DNA of 63,809 bases, filler included, from Sphacelaria rigidula (lineage: Eukaryota), in assembly GCA_964200075.2 (NCBI GenBank). It is 11 parts of 11 records of this genome, joined end to end, with 100 filler letters (N's around TTAATTAATTAA, not from the genome) between each part and the next. Parts side by side here need not be neighbours in the genome. Positions count along the whole stretch, not along the records: positions 34,861 to 40,570 come from CAXNAA020025068.1; positions 40,671 to 46,380 come from CAXNAA020025069.1; positions 46,481 to 52,190 come from CAXNAA020025070.1; 8 more parts are not named here. The stretch is one strand, 5' to 3'. Made by a program: the position numbers and the translations under genes. The notes under the pieces were generated by a model. That model worked only from the letters and a program-made list of their open reading frames with translations, had not been told where the DNA came from and did no database searches. Below are positions 37,076 through 51,201 of this stretch, piece after piece; the stretch's first letter is position 1; each line of letters opens with the position of its first letter.

Positions 37076-38879
37076 GATGTGAGTTTAAAAAATGCAAATT
37101 CCCAACTACTTGGTTTGAGTATGAATTCATCTTTCAGGGTGAATTTTACGTTAAGGTAGGGGAAGTTGTGTGAGATTTTCGAGTTTCTCCACGAAACTTC
37201 GTACATGTGTTCCTTGGACTATCCCGGGACGCATCATATTATTATTTCATATTTTGAGCCATTCTGTACCGCTTTCCGGGGGTCTTTATACTTGGACCCC
37301 CGGAAGCCGGTAGAGAACGAAAAAACCTTGAACTCTCGCCAAAAACACATTTTTTTCATCTGGAGCATCAATACCTACGGAACTGCCATGTTTGAGGATG
37401 ATCTGAGCTTTTCTACAACATATATAAGGAAAATCGCCACGAGACTCTCTGAGTCTTTCCTGCGAATCATGATTGGAAATTAGGCGACGTCAAACTCCAC
37501 ATCACCGAAACATTACGGTTTCGGGTATAGTCCGACCCCGTTGGAACCGTTTTCGAATCCGTTTTTCCCGTTAGATTCTTGAGCTAAAAACGATCACTAC
37601 AATTTGAAGCATGTGAAGATTCGGTGGAAATTGGGCTTGGGATTCATATTTTCAATTTCGGAACAGTTTGAAAGGCGCTGATTGGTCGAGACACATTTTT
37701 GTCCATAACGCCACCGCTATAGCCTCAGACAAAAATCCGACTATGTCACCCTCTACGCCTGTTCATTGCGGTCAGTATGATACCGTGTATGCGACTATTA
37801 GGTGCGTATTGCAGAAGGTATTTGCTGATGACAGTTTTTTTTGTTTTTTTTTTCGTGAACCAGCCTGTACGGCGTGCAAGGTCATGAACACACCCCGCGA
37901 TGCTCCGTCTCGAAAGGGATGCGTGGTCAATGGTAAAATGGCTAAGGTAGTCAAATGGCGAAGGCAATCAACGAATGAGTTCCCCCCCCTCCCCCGCCTC
38001 TCTAATGAAACGCTGGCCTACCGGAACCCAGCGAAATGAATTTTACAGCTTCTTAGACCGTGCATTATGGCAATCACTAAGCTCGGATCGAGACTTGCCT
38101 ATTACGGACCCTAATATCGCCCAGGTCGGGGTAGCTCAGCTCGAGAGTTTCCGATTTTCGCACGAATTTTCCCCAATCTGCGCTACCGATCGGGGTAAAC
38201 TTGAGGTCCCCCCAACCTGTAGGAAGATGACGTGTGTATAGCGACGTACCGTGATAGATCGAAATGCGTTTAATATGTTTGAGACAGCAACAGCAGACAG
38301 TCTCGTGACAGCAACAGACCATGCCCACCCGTGCCAGCTGCTGGACCAGCTTCGTAGCACAGGTAGTGCACACGGGGATTGATGAGCGGGTGATGAGTGT
38401 TGACACCGCACCGTGCTGCAATTGTAGAACACTGCACTGCCGCACCGTATGTTATCACCGTAACGAACGATGCTGTACTATCCAGCTGACTGCTGTCGTT
38501 GCACTTGCAAGGCGATGTACGGTACTGCACTCGCAGTGGAGTCTTGTCGCAAGCTGTTCTCGCAATACTGCCTGTACCATTAGGTATTGCCGCACATTAT
38601 GGTCTACTGTGATACTGGAGTGTACTGCATTGTAATGCCTCAGGGTACCACGGTACAGTACTGTTACTGTACTTGAAGGATGGTTCAGTACCTGCCTGTT
38701 CTTCGGTTTCACCATGGAGCGATACTGCACCCCTGAGAAATGGCCCTCTGTGCACAGAACTATGCTATCAAATCTGTGAAAGCATGATGGGCCCCCCTGC
38801 ATATTTTACTTTCGCAATTCCGAGTCACCCCGATTTTGCGAGGCGACCTGAGGTAATGTACGTGAACGATGGTTGGTAC

Positions 38880-39100
38880 TATGGAGATGCCGCCAATTCC
38901 AACGCTAACCCTAACCCTAAGCCCGACCAAGGCATACCGAAAACCCTCGGGCAAGGGGGTGCAGAGTGTTCCCTAGGCGAAGCGTGCGTTGCCAGGGCTC
39001 AAATCGACGCCTTTCAGCTGATTTTGGACGAAAACACGTTCTGGACGAGCTGGGTCTACTGCTCACCACTACTCACCTGTCCCAAACCATGAATTTTCTC
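38880..39100 (+). repeat. Dispersed ~220-bp repeat with CCCTAA motifs; second copy at 43325-43535
   Basis: Both copies share ..accctcgggc.ag..gggtgca.ag..tccctagg..aag.gtgcgttg..cacgttctgg.cgagct.ggtc.actgctcacc..ccaaaccatg. Confidence 0.75.
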
Positions 39101-42100
39101 ATAACTTTCTTGATTCTGAAATCAAGTAAAATCGAGTACCAACCTTTGTCTACGTACATTTACCAAAGTCTACTGGATTTTGCACGGATTGCAGTCTCTT
39201 GAGATTTGGGATTTGTCCTCACAATAAACGGTCTTAACCTTAGACTGCAAAAAGCCCCTCAGATGAACTCACATCGACTACGCTACATTTGGGGTTCAGA
39301 ACAACTGTTTTATCGCTACGCAACACTCCATTTTTCATGAACATGTGGATATTGGGCATCTGTACAGGTTGGGACGCCCAAGGAACGGACTTTCCTCCAG
39401 CCCATTCAAACTGAAGATACATCGCGAGTTATGCCTACTACGAGCTGGGCGAGCTGACGGTGATTTTGTAACGAAGAATGGCGATGCGATTGGTTATTCG
39501 AAGAGTTGGGCGCTGGGATTTTGACACGAAATTTCCATCATCAACCCGCGCAACCCCATTGGGAGTGCAGAGGAAAAACGAAAGAAAAACAGGAAGTTGG
39601 AGCGAGTTGAAGTCCCAGCAAAAACAGGAAAAATGCTAAAACTCCGTGAAAAGTTGATGAGAACGGCTGCACCCCGAATAACGTTGTGGGCACTCGCGTC
39701 CAGGACATGCTGGTGAAGTTTCCGCAGTAAATACCTCAAATTGTACACCGCATCGCGTTTTTGTGTGACACGGCCGCGCCACTTTAATCCAAGTGATACA
39801 CGAGACTCCAGTTATGAAGGTCATGAGTTCGAATCCCGATATATTCTCTTTTTTATTCTTCGGTCCGTCGTTAAGGCCGCTCCTTATAGCGGACAAGAAT
39901 ATAAATCTGAAACAGTGTCTTTTTGGAGCTTCTAAGTCGTTTTACGCCCTAAGAGAGAGCCAGGCGGATTTTGACACCTTGGAATGCCTTGCTGTACTCG
40001 TTGAGACGGTTCCAGCAAACCTGAGCGTTCTCGGGTGGCCGCAGTTTTTCTTTTCTTGCCCAGACTTGTATTTTTCTCGGAGATCACTCATCTTTTTCGG
40101 AGAGGGGTCAAGTCCACATAAATGAGTCAAGGGGGGGAACAGTAGGGTCCGTCCTTACAACATACCTACCTCATGCGCATCGTGTCAAAATTTCGTGGAA
40201 AAGACTTGAAATTGAACAGCATAACCGCGTTTCATTTTTTCGTGGCTAGTCCATCTTCATTCAAGAACCGGTGTGCGACATGAACACGCGATGATGCTGC
40301 TCGATTTGGGTCGTTTTCCATGAATTTTTGACACGATGTACAGGACGTATGCGCGAAGACCGCATCCCCTCCCCCTACTTTTGCTCACGCCCCCTATCTT
40401 TTTTTCTCCGTGAGTTATTGGCTGGTAATACTTCCAGAACAGTTTTTCCGGAACTGAATCGTGAAAAACTCACAAAAAAAATGTAGGTAGGGTGGGGGGG
40501 GGGGGGGGGGGCTCATTTGTTACTCGACAAATTGATTTTGCCAATGGGTGGGGGGGGGGGTTTGAAGGGGNNNNNNNNNNNNNNNNNNNNNNNNNNNNNN
40601 NNNNNNNNNNNNNNTTAATTAATTAANNNNNNNNNNNNNNNNNNNNNNNNNNNNNNNNNNNNNNNNNNNNGGACCACGCGTGTACTTTTTCCAAGTGAAT
40701 ATTGATGCCGATTCAGCAGGTGACCTACTCTCGCGGTCTGACGGTCAAGTCCTCCTGCGGAGTTTCGGGGGGGAAGATACTTTCGCTCTGTGTTACTCTT
40801 TCGTATCTTCCCCGCAATAGAGAAATGCGACTCCAGTCCCATTTTAGTGTTGAACCCCAAAATTTAAAATCGGCTGTTATATTATGTTTCCCCGCGAGTG
40901 GTACATGCGGTTGAAAAATCTCTGCCGACCTTCTTGTTTACCTGGCGCGAGGACAGGGGAGACGCAATTTCTCAGACCGCTGGAGTCATTTTAATCATGG
41001 TTGTGTGTAGTTGAAAAAAGCGAACTGTTTTGTTTTCAGGGAGATTGCGAAATACGCCGGGCGACCTCTATGCAGACGCCAGTCAGTCCAGTAGAGCGAC
41101 GAAAGCTAGCTATGATCGGGTTTGCCTACCGTACTGCCGCCAGCGTTGATTGAAAGCTACAAGACCTTCGAGGTTGGCGGTTGATGGCGTGGGTGTCAAA
41201 TACAACGACAAGTGGTTGATCATAGAACACCCTCGTTCTTCGTGGCTTCATATGTCGCCCCAGCGTGGTAACGCGTGACCTCGTCACATCGGAATTATTT
41301 ATTGAAAGCTACCGTACCGAGGTGTTCACGCCGTCAGCGCGTGCTCCAGATTGCAACACGGACGCACCCCTCTGCACCACGCTCGCAACGGTGAGATCAC
41401 TACCATAGGTATCTTCTTTCACTCCGCATGCCAAGAAGGTCTCCACAAGTATTTGATGTCTCATACATCCCCGCCCCCCAACTAGTCTCTGGCAGGCTGT
41501 TGTGGTCGGGCACCTAGATGGTCACATATGTCATGTCGGGTAAAACCAACGATGAATAAAACCCGCAGCGTTCAAATTGGATATGTTATCTTTGCCGCGA
41601 CGCATCGTCCTTGCTGGCATGTGTGTGGCAGAGAACAGTAGTAGCAGTGACGGGAACATTGCCCTATTTTCCAACGACATGTTTTTCAGCGCACAGAGGC
41701 GCGTCCCGTCCAAAAGGAGAGGCAGAGAGAAATCGATCTTCGCATTCGTGAGCTCGACAGGCAAGAAGAGACGGAATCTCTCCGTACTTCGATGTTCTGG
41801 CACATGAAAAAATTGGCACATGCTGGTATAATAACATCGATGATGCCAGTTTCTCGAGAGTTCGGTGATCGCCGAGCGAGGACACACAAAGGACACGGAC
41901 GAGGAGCTTCCTCTCTGTCGTTGCTTCTCTCTCTGGTGACATCGTCATCGACACGCCTGTACACCGCATCCGTTAGGTGCACCTAGCCACAGCTGCTTAA
42001 CTGCTGCGGACATTTGGGTGGGAAGGTGACTTCGCTCGGTCGTAAGTGTTTCGCGTCTTCCCTGCAGAAGAGGAATGTCACTTCAACCTCATTTTTGAGA

Positions 42101-42129
42101 TGAATCCCATTTTCTACGATCCAATGTTA

Positions 42130-43210
42130 TGTGTCATCCAGATGGACTACCCGCCCCGCGGTCGAAGGTTTAACTTCTGACTCGAATCTTTCCTTCGTCT
42201 GAGATTCAAAATAATGCTAACGACCGTTGTACACCTGCACCAGCTACTTGGAACCAGCATGCCGTTTGTATGTGCAAGCATGATATGATAAAGAGCCCAA
42301 CGACGGCTTGGAGAATGATCGGAACCACTGAAAATGCAATATTTGGGGTCCGGAGCGTAAAGTGTTCCTCTAAAAAGAAAAAGCTGAGGAGGGTGAGCAT
42401 TAGATAATTGATAATGGTACCCGACCGGCAGGGTCCCTTATCATTGTACATGATTATCGGAACAAGTTCGTGATGACATAGCGGTTTCGCGATTTCAACT
42501 ATTGGGCGGCCGTTAATAAAGCATGGTTGATTTATTCAAAGAATCTGTACCACAATCATCTTGACCATATCAAAATCTCTAATTCGAACTAGAGCACGCA
42601 GAAGATTCTTAATCAGATTCCATAAGCCTTCCATATACCATTGAGAACACAGGCCAAGATGTCGCTTTCGATTGTCAACGACGCGGCTGATCGTCGGAGG
42701 CTCGTTGACCATCGTTGGGCTACGTTTTAGAATGGCTGACACATTTTTGCAAGTATCGCTACCCCTCACTCTTACCCCAACCGGGTGCATACCGAGAACC
42801 CTCGAACAAGGGCGGAACATACATTCATTCGGCAAAGTGCGGCCTTGGTAGACCCCATATCGGTGGCGCCGTTTTGAAAGAAGAACGCCTTGTCTACGCA
42901 CGCCAGGAGCACACGGGACTGTCAGCCCCACCAAAATTCCGCTTCTCGTGGTTGACAGTCGAATCGAGGAATATCAACCGTTCTGAAACGTACTCCGGAG
43001 CCGGTAAACTTCACTGCACTGTCGCACTTTGCGGAGGGGATGTAGGTTCCGCGCTTGCCCAAGGGTTCTCGGTATATGTTGGGTTAGGGTTAGAGTTGGG
43101 GTTGGGGTTAGGGTTATGGTCAGGGGTAGCGATATACTTGTAAAATTGTGTCGACCATTCTAAAACGTAGCCTAACGACACGCGGGGCGGGTCGTCCATC
43201 GGATGACACA
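42130..43210. mobile_element. ~1.08-kb TIR element with a TA target duplication (Tc1/mariner-like MITE)
   Basis: ta|TGTGTCATCCAGATGGACTACCCGCCCCGCG ... CGCGGGGCGGGTCGTCCATCGGATGACACA|ta, with ~31-bp TIRs. Confidence 0.75.
42713..43177. mobile_element. Foldback MITE with ~110-130 bp arms containing TTAGGG-like repeats, nested in the TA element
   Basis: cgttgggctacgttttagaatggctgacaca.. is inverted as ..tgtgtcgaccattctaaaacgtagcctaacg. The right arm contains gggttagggttagagttggggttggggttaggg. Confidence 0.8.
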
Positions 43211-46200
43211 TACTCTTTTCAAGTTAATATTGATGCCGATTCAGCACGTGACCTACCTATTCTCGCGGTCAAAGGGAGAGGAGCTACAAATATGTTCATA
43301 GATAACGGTTGATGGGGAACATCATGGAATGGTACAAACTAACACCAACACTAGCCCCAACCACAACCCCGACCCAAGGATCACGAGACCCTCGGGCGAG
43401 GAGGGTGCACAGATTCCCCTAGGCCAAGTGTGCGTTGGCAGACTTCAAATCGTCGCCCCGAACGGCGATTTCGACAAAACCACGTTCTGGGCGAGCTTGG
43501 TCCACTGCTCACCTGCCCCAAACCATGTATTTTTCAGAACTTTATCGAGTCCAAAATCTTGTAGTCATCCCTGTCAACCATTGGGTACGAACAGTTGTTT
43601 AGGTCTACTGCTCTTCATTATGCACATTGATGCTGGTGTGTAGTAAGTGTCTCGTCCAGGAGGCTCAACCAGACCTAACCATCCTTGCCGCCGAAGCCAG
43701 TCTACACACCGGCACACGCTCCTTTGTATCAAGGGTGTGCGTGCCAGCTCTCGACGGCGGTACCAAGCGCCTCCCCGCACACACCGTATTCCAACATGCC
43801 CGCATTCAGGATGTTGTCACATTGTACTGCTTGTAACGCAGGATATGCCCGCACTCACGTTGTAACATATTATAGCGCTGCACTACAACAGAGGTGGGTG
43901 TGCCTGATGAGCACCGTGTTGACCCAACACTACCACCACACCACAGCCTTGGCCAAGGGTAGCAGTGAGAAGAAATCACTCCTTGACGGTGATTCCGGTC
44001 CCATACCCGCCGAAATACCCTCCCCACGCCGTACCGACAAGACTGGTCATGGCCTTCGTTGGAGGACAGGGAACGGAGCAACAAATACTCTACTCAAAGT
44101 TTGAGCAGGGTTGTTCCAAGGGTCAACTAGTCTCTTGTTAAACTACAACCCAAAAGTGTCGTGGAACAACTGAGAAGGTCCCCGTTAACGCGGTTCGAAT
44201 AAACTGGTTGCTCTCAATTGGATCTTCAACTCTCAATTTCACGAAAACATTGCTCATCGCCGATTGATTGTCAGAGTGACCGCTCGCCACACTATACAGC
44301 CATCATCTTGCGCATCGCCACACGTGAACGATTACTCCAACCACCGACGTTACGACATTCCTCAAGGACGCGACCAAATCGACCACTACTACTAATATAC
44401 TGGGGAACCCCCCTCCCCTGACATTGTTTTTCATCAGAGTCATACTTTCCCTGCCTTCCACGCCGCAAAGAACAGGGATGAATGAAAAGAACGTTTTGAA
44501 AAAATCAACGAAGAAAAACACGAGTCTGCCCGCCCCCTCACCCCCTGACCCAAAGTTGTTTGTCTCTTGTCTGGTGGATTTGTACCTCCGTACGTGTGCA
44601 TAACGATCTACTATCGACACACAAGCCACGTGATACTGAACCATGAACACCCTCCTCTACTCATGAACGACGAAAGTCAAACGTGCGCCATACAGCCCCT
44701 CTTTCCACCTCAACTATTATCGCTTGTAAAACATATATACGACTCGAAGATTCAGCGTATATATTATTGTCCCGTCCCAACGCGATGCCCCTCTCCGGCA
44801 CTCGAGCGAGTGTAAGTCAATGATGATCAAAATGTTTGAGGGCTACGATGTATATCATATTGAGAGCCCCCCCTTCTCTTTCTCATGGCCTTCTCGACCC
44901 ACTTCCTGAAACAGCCTCTAATGTAACAGGTCGTGACCGGCCATACAGAAGTAATTTTCCCTGGAAAATGACCACCAGAAAGGTATCCCGCAGATACGGC
45001 TGAAATTCGTCACTACCTTAATCAACTGAGCTTGCGCGCAAAAAGTTGGAACCGTAGCCGCATCCTGTTGTGAACTTGCGGCGGTCAGATCACAGCAAAA
45101 AAAATTGAGAAAGAGACGAACGTTGTAACCTGAGCCCCCATCGCGCCCAACACATGTATGGATTCCTTCGCGCTAAAGGGTATGATTGTGCCAGTATGCA
45201 TGCTCGGATAACCGGCCTTTCATTTGGGGATTCCTCCTAGCTGGGCGCATGACACCGCCGCTGATGCCCACCTCCCTGTGCTTTGATGGCAAGATAGGTC
45301 AAGAGGGAACCGTGCCCCGACAATGTGTGGTATACCGCGAACTTCCATCATACACACGCCAATATTCAACCGCTGCTCAACACTCCTGATCATGGAGGAA
45401 ACCATCAGCACATCGCTCGCCTAGAATACGAGCACGGCTAGTACAGTACATCGTTGGTTATTGGGATTCCCGGGCGCACATCATCCATTGGTCAGCGTAA
45501 CATCTGGGATTGGCTGTTCATTTCTTCGGCCGCGAGTGATCAATTCGACGCCTGTTGTGCGCACGGGTCGGACCACGTGCCACTCGTCCTGTCGTACTGT
45601 GTAGGTTTGTATCTCGTCGCGATCTCCGTTCCGACCGGAGGCCCGTCGCTCTTCTTCCGTGCATCAAGTCAATTGATCCTTGTAGCGGCGGTGCGACGTA
45701 GGTTCATCCGTTGGTGCTGCTCACACAGTAACGTAAGAAAAGCAGAGCACTGTCCATCCGGGGTGATCGAGAACCCTGCAGGCGTGTCTGCGCGCCCGTC
45801 TACCGGCCACAATGGAGCTTACTCAGTTCTGGCGACATGATGATCATGAACATATCCATCCCCCTTTGCCCTCTTGTATAGGCTCTCCTCCTCCTTTTTG
45901 CAAATTCATATATCGTCTATAAAAAAAAGCGTGGGAGAAAATAATCCATGGCGTATACTTGGCAGCTTTGAGTTGACCAAGACAAGACGTCCACGCAGAT
46001 GGGGAACGGCATTTTTTCAGCCGCCATTCCTCGTATGTGTTCGTGCATCAACAGCCGAGGGATAACCTGGTACACATATCTACAGGCCACATTCTGTTCC
46101 TGCTTGAAATGCAGGGCGGGAAGAATCAGGTGGCCTTTTCAGGATAAAGGCGCCGCATCAGGGTCTACGCAAAACACTTCGTTTGTGTCGCATTCCCCAA

Positions 46201-48661
46201 GCCCAACTCGCCCAACACGAGGGGTAAATCGGCACTACTTTCATAACGCCAAACTATTGCGCACAAGGGATGGGGGAAGGGGGGAAGGGGGGGGGGGGGG
46301 CCCGGGGCCCCACGATGCCACAAGTCAACAGCAAAGCGTACGAAGAGAAAAAATTGCAGATAAGCAACAGCCACACGGAANNNNNNNNNNNNNNNNNNNN
46401 NNNNNNNNNNNNNNNNNNNNNNNNTTAATTAATTAANNNNNNNNNNNNNNNNNNNNNNNNNNNNNNNNNNNNNNNNNNNNGGGGAAAGCACTGTTTTAGG
46501 CTTGAATCTCATCTCAGAGTTAAACCTCAATTCGCACAATTTCTTGTTAATTGGCGATTTTCCTTGGGCTCTTTTCGCTCGCCACCGCTCATCATATTGG
46601 GGATCTGAAGATAATGGTATCCGCTCCACATTCCAAAATAACAATTATTTGTACTCAATATTGAGTGACTTACGGGCTGACCGGTCATCAGTGGTCTTGC
46701 AACGTTTCAGCCCAGATTTGGACTCTTCGGTATTTTCGGTCGATCGAGTCTGTCCCGATCATATTTGTGAAGAAATGTACAGTTTTATTCTCTTGAAATT
46801 CTACCTACTCATTACACTAGAGCCGAAAAACTGTGCTTCACGGTCAACAACACCCTCGTGATAAATGGGGTATTATTCGTTTTGCCCGATAACACCAAGT
46901 AACACTAACTTGGGCCCTGTGGTTCAAGGATGATCTGTTTATTGTACCAAAATCAACTGACGCTGGCAATTTCGAGTTCTATTGAAGCGTAGTATGTGAC
47001 AACCCCAAAACACCCGTGAACAGTTAAAACGCCCACTACTGTATGTGCCCCATTTCACCCATATCCCCCTCCAACATGCACAATGACCTACAGAGGTTGG
47101 GATCTTCACATACAACCGTGTGATTCAAAAAGGCTGCTAAAGTTTTGTGCTGTACCGAGATGTGCAGCGAGCGAAAATGCCAGGAGCGATCCGGTAATCC
47201 TTCACTTAGATAGCCTAAATTCTTCCAGGAATTTTCCTGGACGTCCCGCGTGTCGGAGCATGATGAATGACAAATATTGCAAAAGTAACATCTCTAAAGC
47301 CCTAAACGGCGACTTGACCTTACATTGCGGAGTATCCAAAAAGACCTCACATTGCTGATCACAGATTGTACAAAAAATGGAAATCCTCTGATGAAATATG
47401 GCACATCTGAGTTGGTTTTTGCTTTTGCTTCTCCGAAGGTTCACTTTGATTTGACTTCTGAGAGAAAACAAAGCTACTTTTTGTCGACGAGATCGACAAG
47501 AGAATGTTTGGAAAAGCTTTACTACGAAGCCCCCCCACCGCAGGAACAAAAAATACTATACGAAGACAAATGTCACCCATAATTCACGGTCGCCACGTTC
47601 CAAAGCGGGTCGGAGCCCGGTACATCCCCACAGTGCAACGATGATACGACCCGTTCAAACCTTTCAAAAACCCTATGCCCCAGAAGCGCCTAGCGGCAAA
47701 TCAGGTGCACATCACATTATTGCGTGTCGTCACGTAGCACAAGACTTGCCGAGGCGAAAATGTTCAAATATACTTCACCACCCCACACACTACTTACTGC
47801 GTGCTGCGTACCGATACAGCACGTGCTGCGTACCGATACAGCACACATCATGGCGATCCCGTGCCTCAAAAATCATCAACACTTGTACGCCGAAAGCCGG
47901 GAGGCGGAAATTCCGAGCGCCGGGAAAAGCCACGACAAAACAGTGCACCGCTCGAAGAGATACATACACAAGGCTTTTGACGATGCTACAGTGAGCATCG
48001 CCCTGAAGGCTACATATTGGGCTATATATTCACAGAAACAGACACGAAAAATCCATGGGGTTTCAATTCGCCTATAGAACGCGCAGTACGTACAGCACTG
48101 TCACAAGCTATGCAGCAAAAAAACACGCACACTAATCAGGGAGGTTACGTCATGGCCGCGGATCACGTCAAACGACCTCGGATTTTCGGCCAATCATGAT
48201 CGTCTCAAAAAAAAAGTCCAGCAAGGCAAATGGTGGACAACTTGTTTCTCTCTCTGCTTGTAACCACCTACGCTAGTAACAATCAATACCTTACAAAATA
48301 TTTTCCGGGCATAGAGCATACAAACGTTACATGCGGGTAAAGCAACTGCAGACATGCCCCAAAAGTCCACACGAAAAATAAATAAGGATGTACGCGTAGT
48401 TCATGTGTGGGAAGGGGGGAGATATAAACAGGAGGAAACACTTCGTAGTGGATCACTATTTCTTGAACGCCGACAATAAGCACCATATGTATAACTCATC
48501 AGCGCAACCCCCCCCCTCCTTCCCCACCAGACCGAGGATTTGCCCTTTCCCCCCTCTCTCCCTCTCCCTCGTTCGCGTTACTACCCTCGTACCTACCTAC
48601 TCACTCCTTATTCTGAAGTGAGCACAATCTTCTCAATATCACTCCTTCTACTGCACGCTTT

Positions 48662-51009
48662 TCACAGACCCATGTACCTCCTGCTTTGCCATGGCTGCAT
48701 CTCGGACACAACAGCAGACTCCGCTGTGTTTGTCAGTCCCACAAACCAAACAGCGTTCTTGAAGGCTTCCAGGTCACTGTCTTCCCTCGCTTCACTCAAA
48801 ATCCTCTTAGTGTCTTCCTTTTTCCGGTCGTCGCCTGATACCGCTGCACCGCCGTCCATAGGCCTGAGCCAGGGAAACACCGGAGGGGGGCGATAAAGGG
48901 GGCGGGAGGAGGGGGGGGGTGGAGGAGTACTCACGATCTTGCATGCCTCAGTCAAAGAACCATGGACTTTGCATCCCTACAAAGCCGGGACGGAGCACGC
49001 CGCTTTTTCGCTGGACCAGGCTCGCAGTCGATCACCAAGCACGAAGGGCCGTGATGTGTTCGGCGACTCGCACGAAGGGTGAGCTGCATTCTGCTAAGGT
49101 GGTTCGGCCTGAAGCGTGCTGCTTCCCTTGCATTTGGATGACAGCCTACAATGAGTTGCTTCAAGGGGGAAAAAGGCATGCGGACGTTTCGGTACGAGAT
49201 CTTGGCAAACAATACAGTACGAAACAGCGATATAAATGGCAGTCTTTATCCAAAGTACATGGTAACTGCACAGTGTAACTGTTCTTGAAATATTTTCAGA
49301 ATTCCGATGTGACTTCACCAAACAGCCCTTGCCCGAGGTACTCCATTCCACCGAAAACTCGAAAGCTGGATTTTCCCCTCGGAAATACTCTCACATTCTT
49401 ACAACAGGGGAAGGTGGAGCATCCCATAACTCACAGGGAACAAGAGGAAATCTACCTTTACATCGTTAAAGAGCAACGTATCGATGGCATTTCAAAGTTT
49501 GTCCACGCTGCTGTAGCAGTGGCCTTATTGCCGTTCCTCTATGCGCGCTGCCTCTAGTTTTCAGCGCCAATGACGCAACGACCACGTGTATGAACGCTAC
49601 GATTCTCGAACAATGCCTACAGTGCCGCGGCTTCATGACCTCATGAACACCCTCCCGCGCCAGAGTGTGGTATGGAGCCTGGCTCAGTTCACTACCGTCG
49701 TACCTACTCTTCTACTGTCCCGCGCCATATTATCTACCCTTTAATTGCAGCCAGCCGGGCAGGTGACCTGATGATGATCTGGCTATTTTCGGGCGGTTCG
49801 AATTAGATGCCATGATGAAAGACACACTGTCCACGAAGAAACAACACGGTCTAGGCCCGCCGGGCCGTTGCTACGCACATACCCGTGTCATATTCGATGC
49901 AGTACAAACCTTGTACAGTCCCGTGATCTCCGCAGGATACCGAGGTGTCGTGGGTGCGGCCATTGTGGTGACGGAACCTTCGCCAGATACAACTGCGAGT
50001 GCTATGCTGTGTGATATCGACGCCCCTGAAACTCTCCAAAGCCACCCCGGCACAACCATGGATACTTGACCGCTACACTTCATCATACCCCCCGCCCCCC
50101 AAAAAATGTCCCACTACCTAATTTAGCGCCATCGAGCCATAAACGGGCCCTCAAGACATACACTTGCCATACTCCACATGTCCGCAGGACTGTCAGGCCG
50201 AAGTCTCGGAACAGAAACACCTTGGGTGCTAAAGGGGCGAACCCTTCCCCTTCGTTGAGATGAGCCCGTAACCTCAAGGAGATCGAACTCCACTCTCCCC
50301 CGGTGCGCACATGCCTTAAATTTCGGTGAATCGAAGGGTGCTTTCATCAGCACTCCCGCACATCGTAAACTATTGTCGAATGTTTGCTGCTACTCGCATC
50401 TTCACGCTTCAAACGTCCGTACCGACAGCATTCCACACGCTGGATAATGGAAATAGATTTCATTGTCATGAAGTGTACTGCGTACAATATCGACCATTGC
50501 GCCTATTGCAATAGACAATGGATCCCATAATATGCGCAGTACACTTTTCCACAGTGTCATTATCTAGGGTGTGCAATTTCCCCCCCCTCCTAGACGTCGG
50601 TGTACAAATGCATATATACGTCTACATTCTAATTATACAATCCTTTCCTCTTTCGGCCAAATTCCCTTTCAGCGAGTGACCACGTGTTTCTGCTTGTTAG
50701 CTCATTTTGGCTTCGTCACCACGGCTGGATCTCTCGAGGATTGGTTAATGTAGTGCGACACTCCATAATCAATCAATCAATCAACCAATCGATTCATCAA
50801 TGAATTCATACACAGTAAATGGATCTTAGAGCAAGAAAAAAGAAAGAACAAAAACAGTGTCAAACTTCACCTGGTAGATCTTCGAGAGTTCGTGGTGGTA
50901 TTGGAGCTCGAAACCACCCTACGGAAGTACTCGGTCAACGCTTCCCTGCAAGAAGCCTCGTTGCCGCAAAGAGCGAACGCACACGCGGCGTTGTAGATAG
51001 AGTCTGTCT
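48662..51009 (-). CDS. 3' exons of a TPR-like protein (C-terminal YNxACxxAL...AxxDxDL motif)
   Basis: Exon 51009-50871 (ETDSIYNAACAFALCGNEASCREALTEYF..) and an exon starting at 48863 (..ILSEAREDSDLEAFKNAVWF..) join in phase 2. The gene ends either at TGA 48662 or splices at the donor after 48678. Confidence 0.65.
48923..49161 (-). mobile_element. Long copy of the poly(C)-associated SINE-like element in the TPR gene intron
   Basis: Homologous to the copies at 13211 and 32128; its C-tract lies ~30-60 bp upstream of the acceptor at 48864. Confidence 0.8.
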
Positions 51010-51144
51010 CTGAAGCATGTGCCGACGATGCTGATCGAGAAAGAAACACTCCCGCTTCCTGCACATGCGGATTCACCCCCCGCCCCCCCATCCAGAAAGG
51101 GTAGACGTATTGCACACGCGCGAACATGCAGAAGAACAAGGCGC

Positions 51145-51146
<2 letters not shown>

Positions 51147-51201
<55 letters not shown>

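Noticed and set aside
39790..39845. Possible tRNA genes (B-box-like GTTCRAA/GTTCGA at ~39826, ~16997 and ~56897)
   Set aside because: No complete cloverleaf can be drawn; at most these are degenerate SINE heads.
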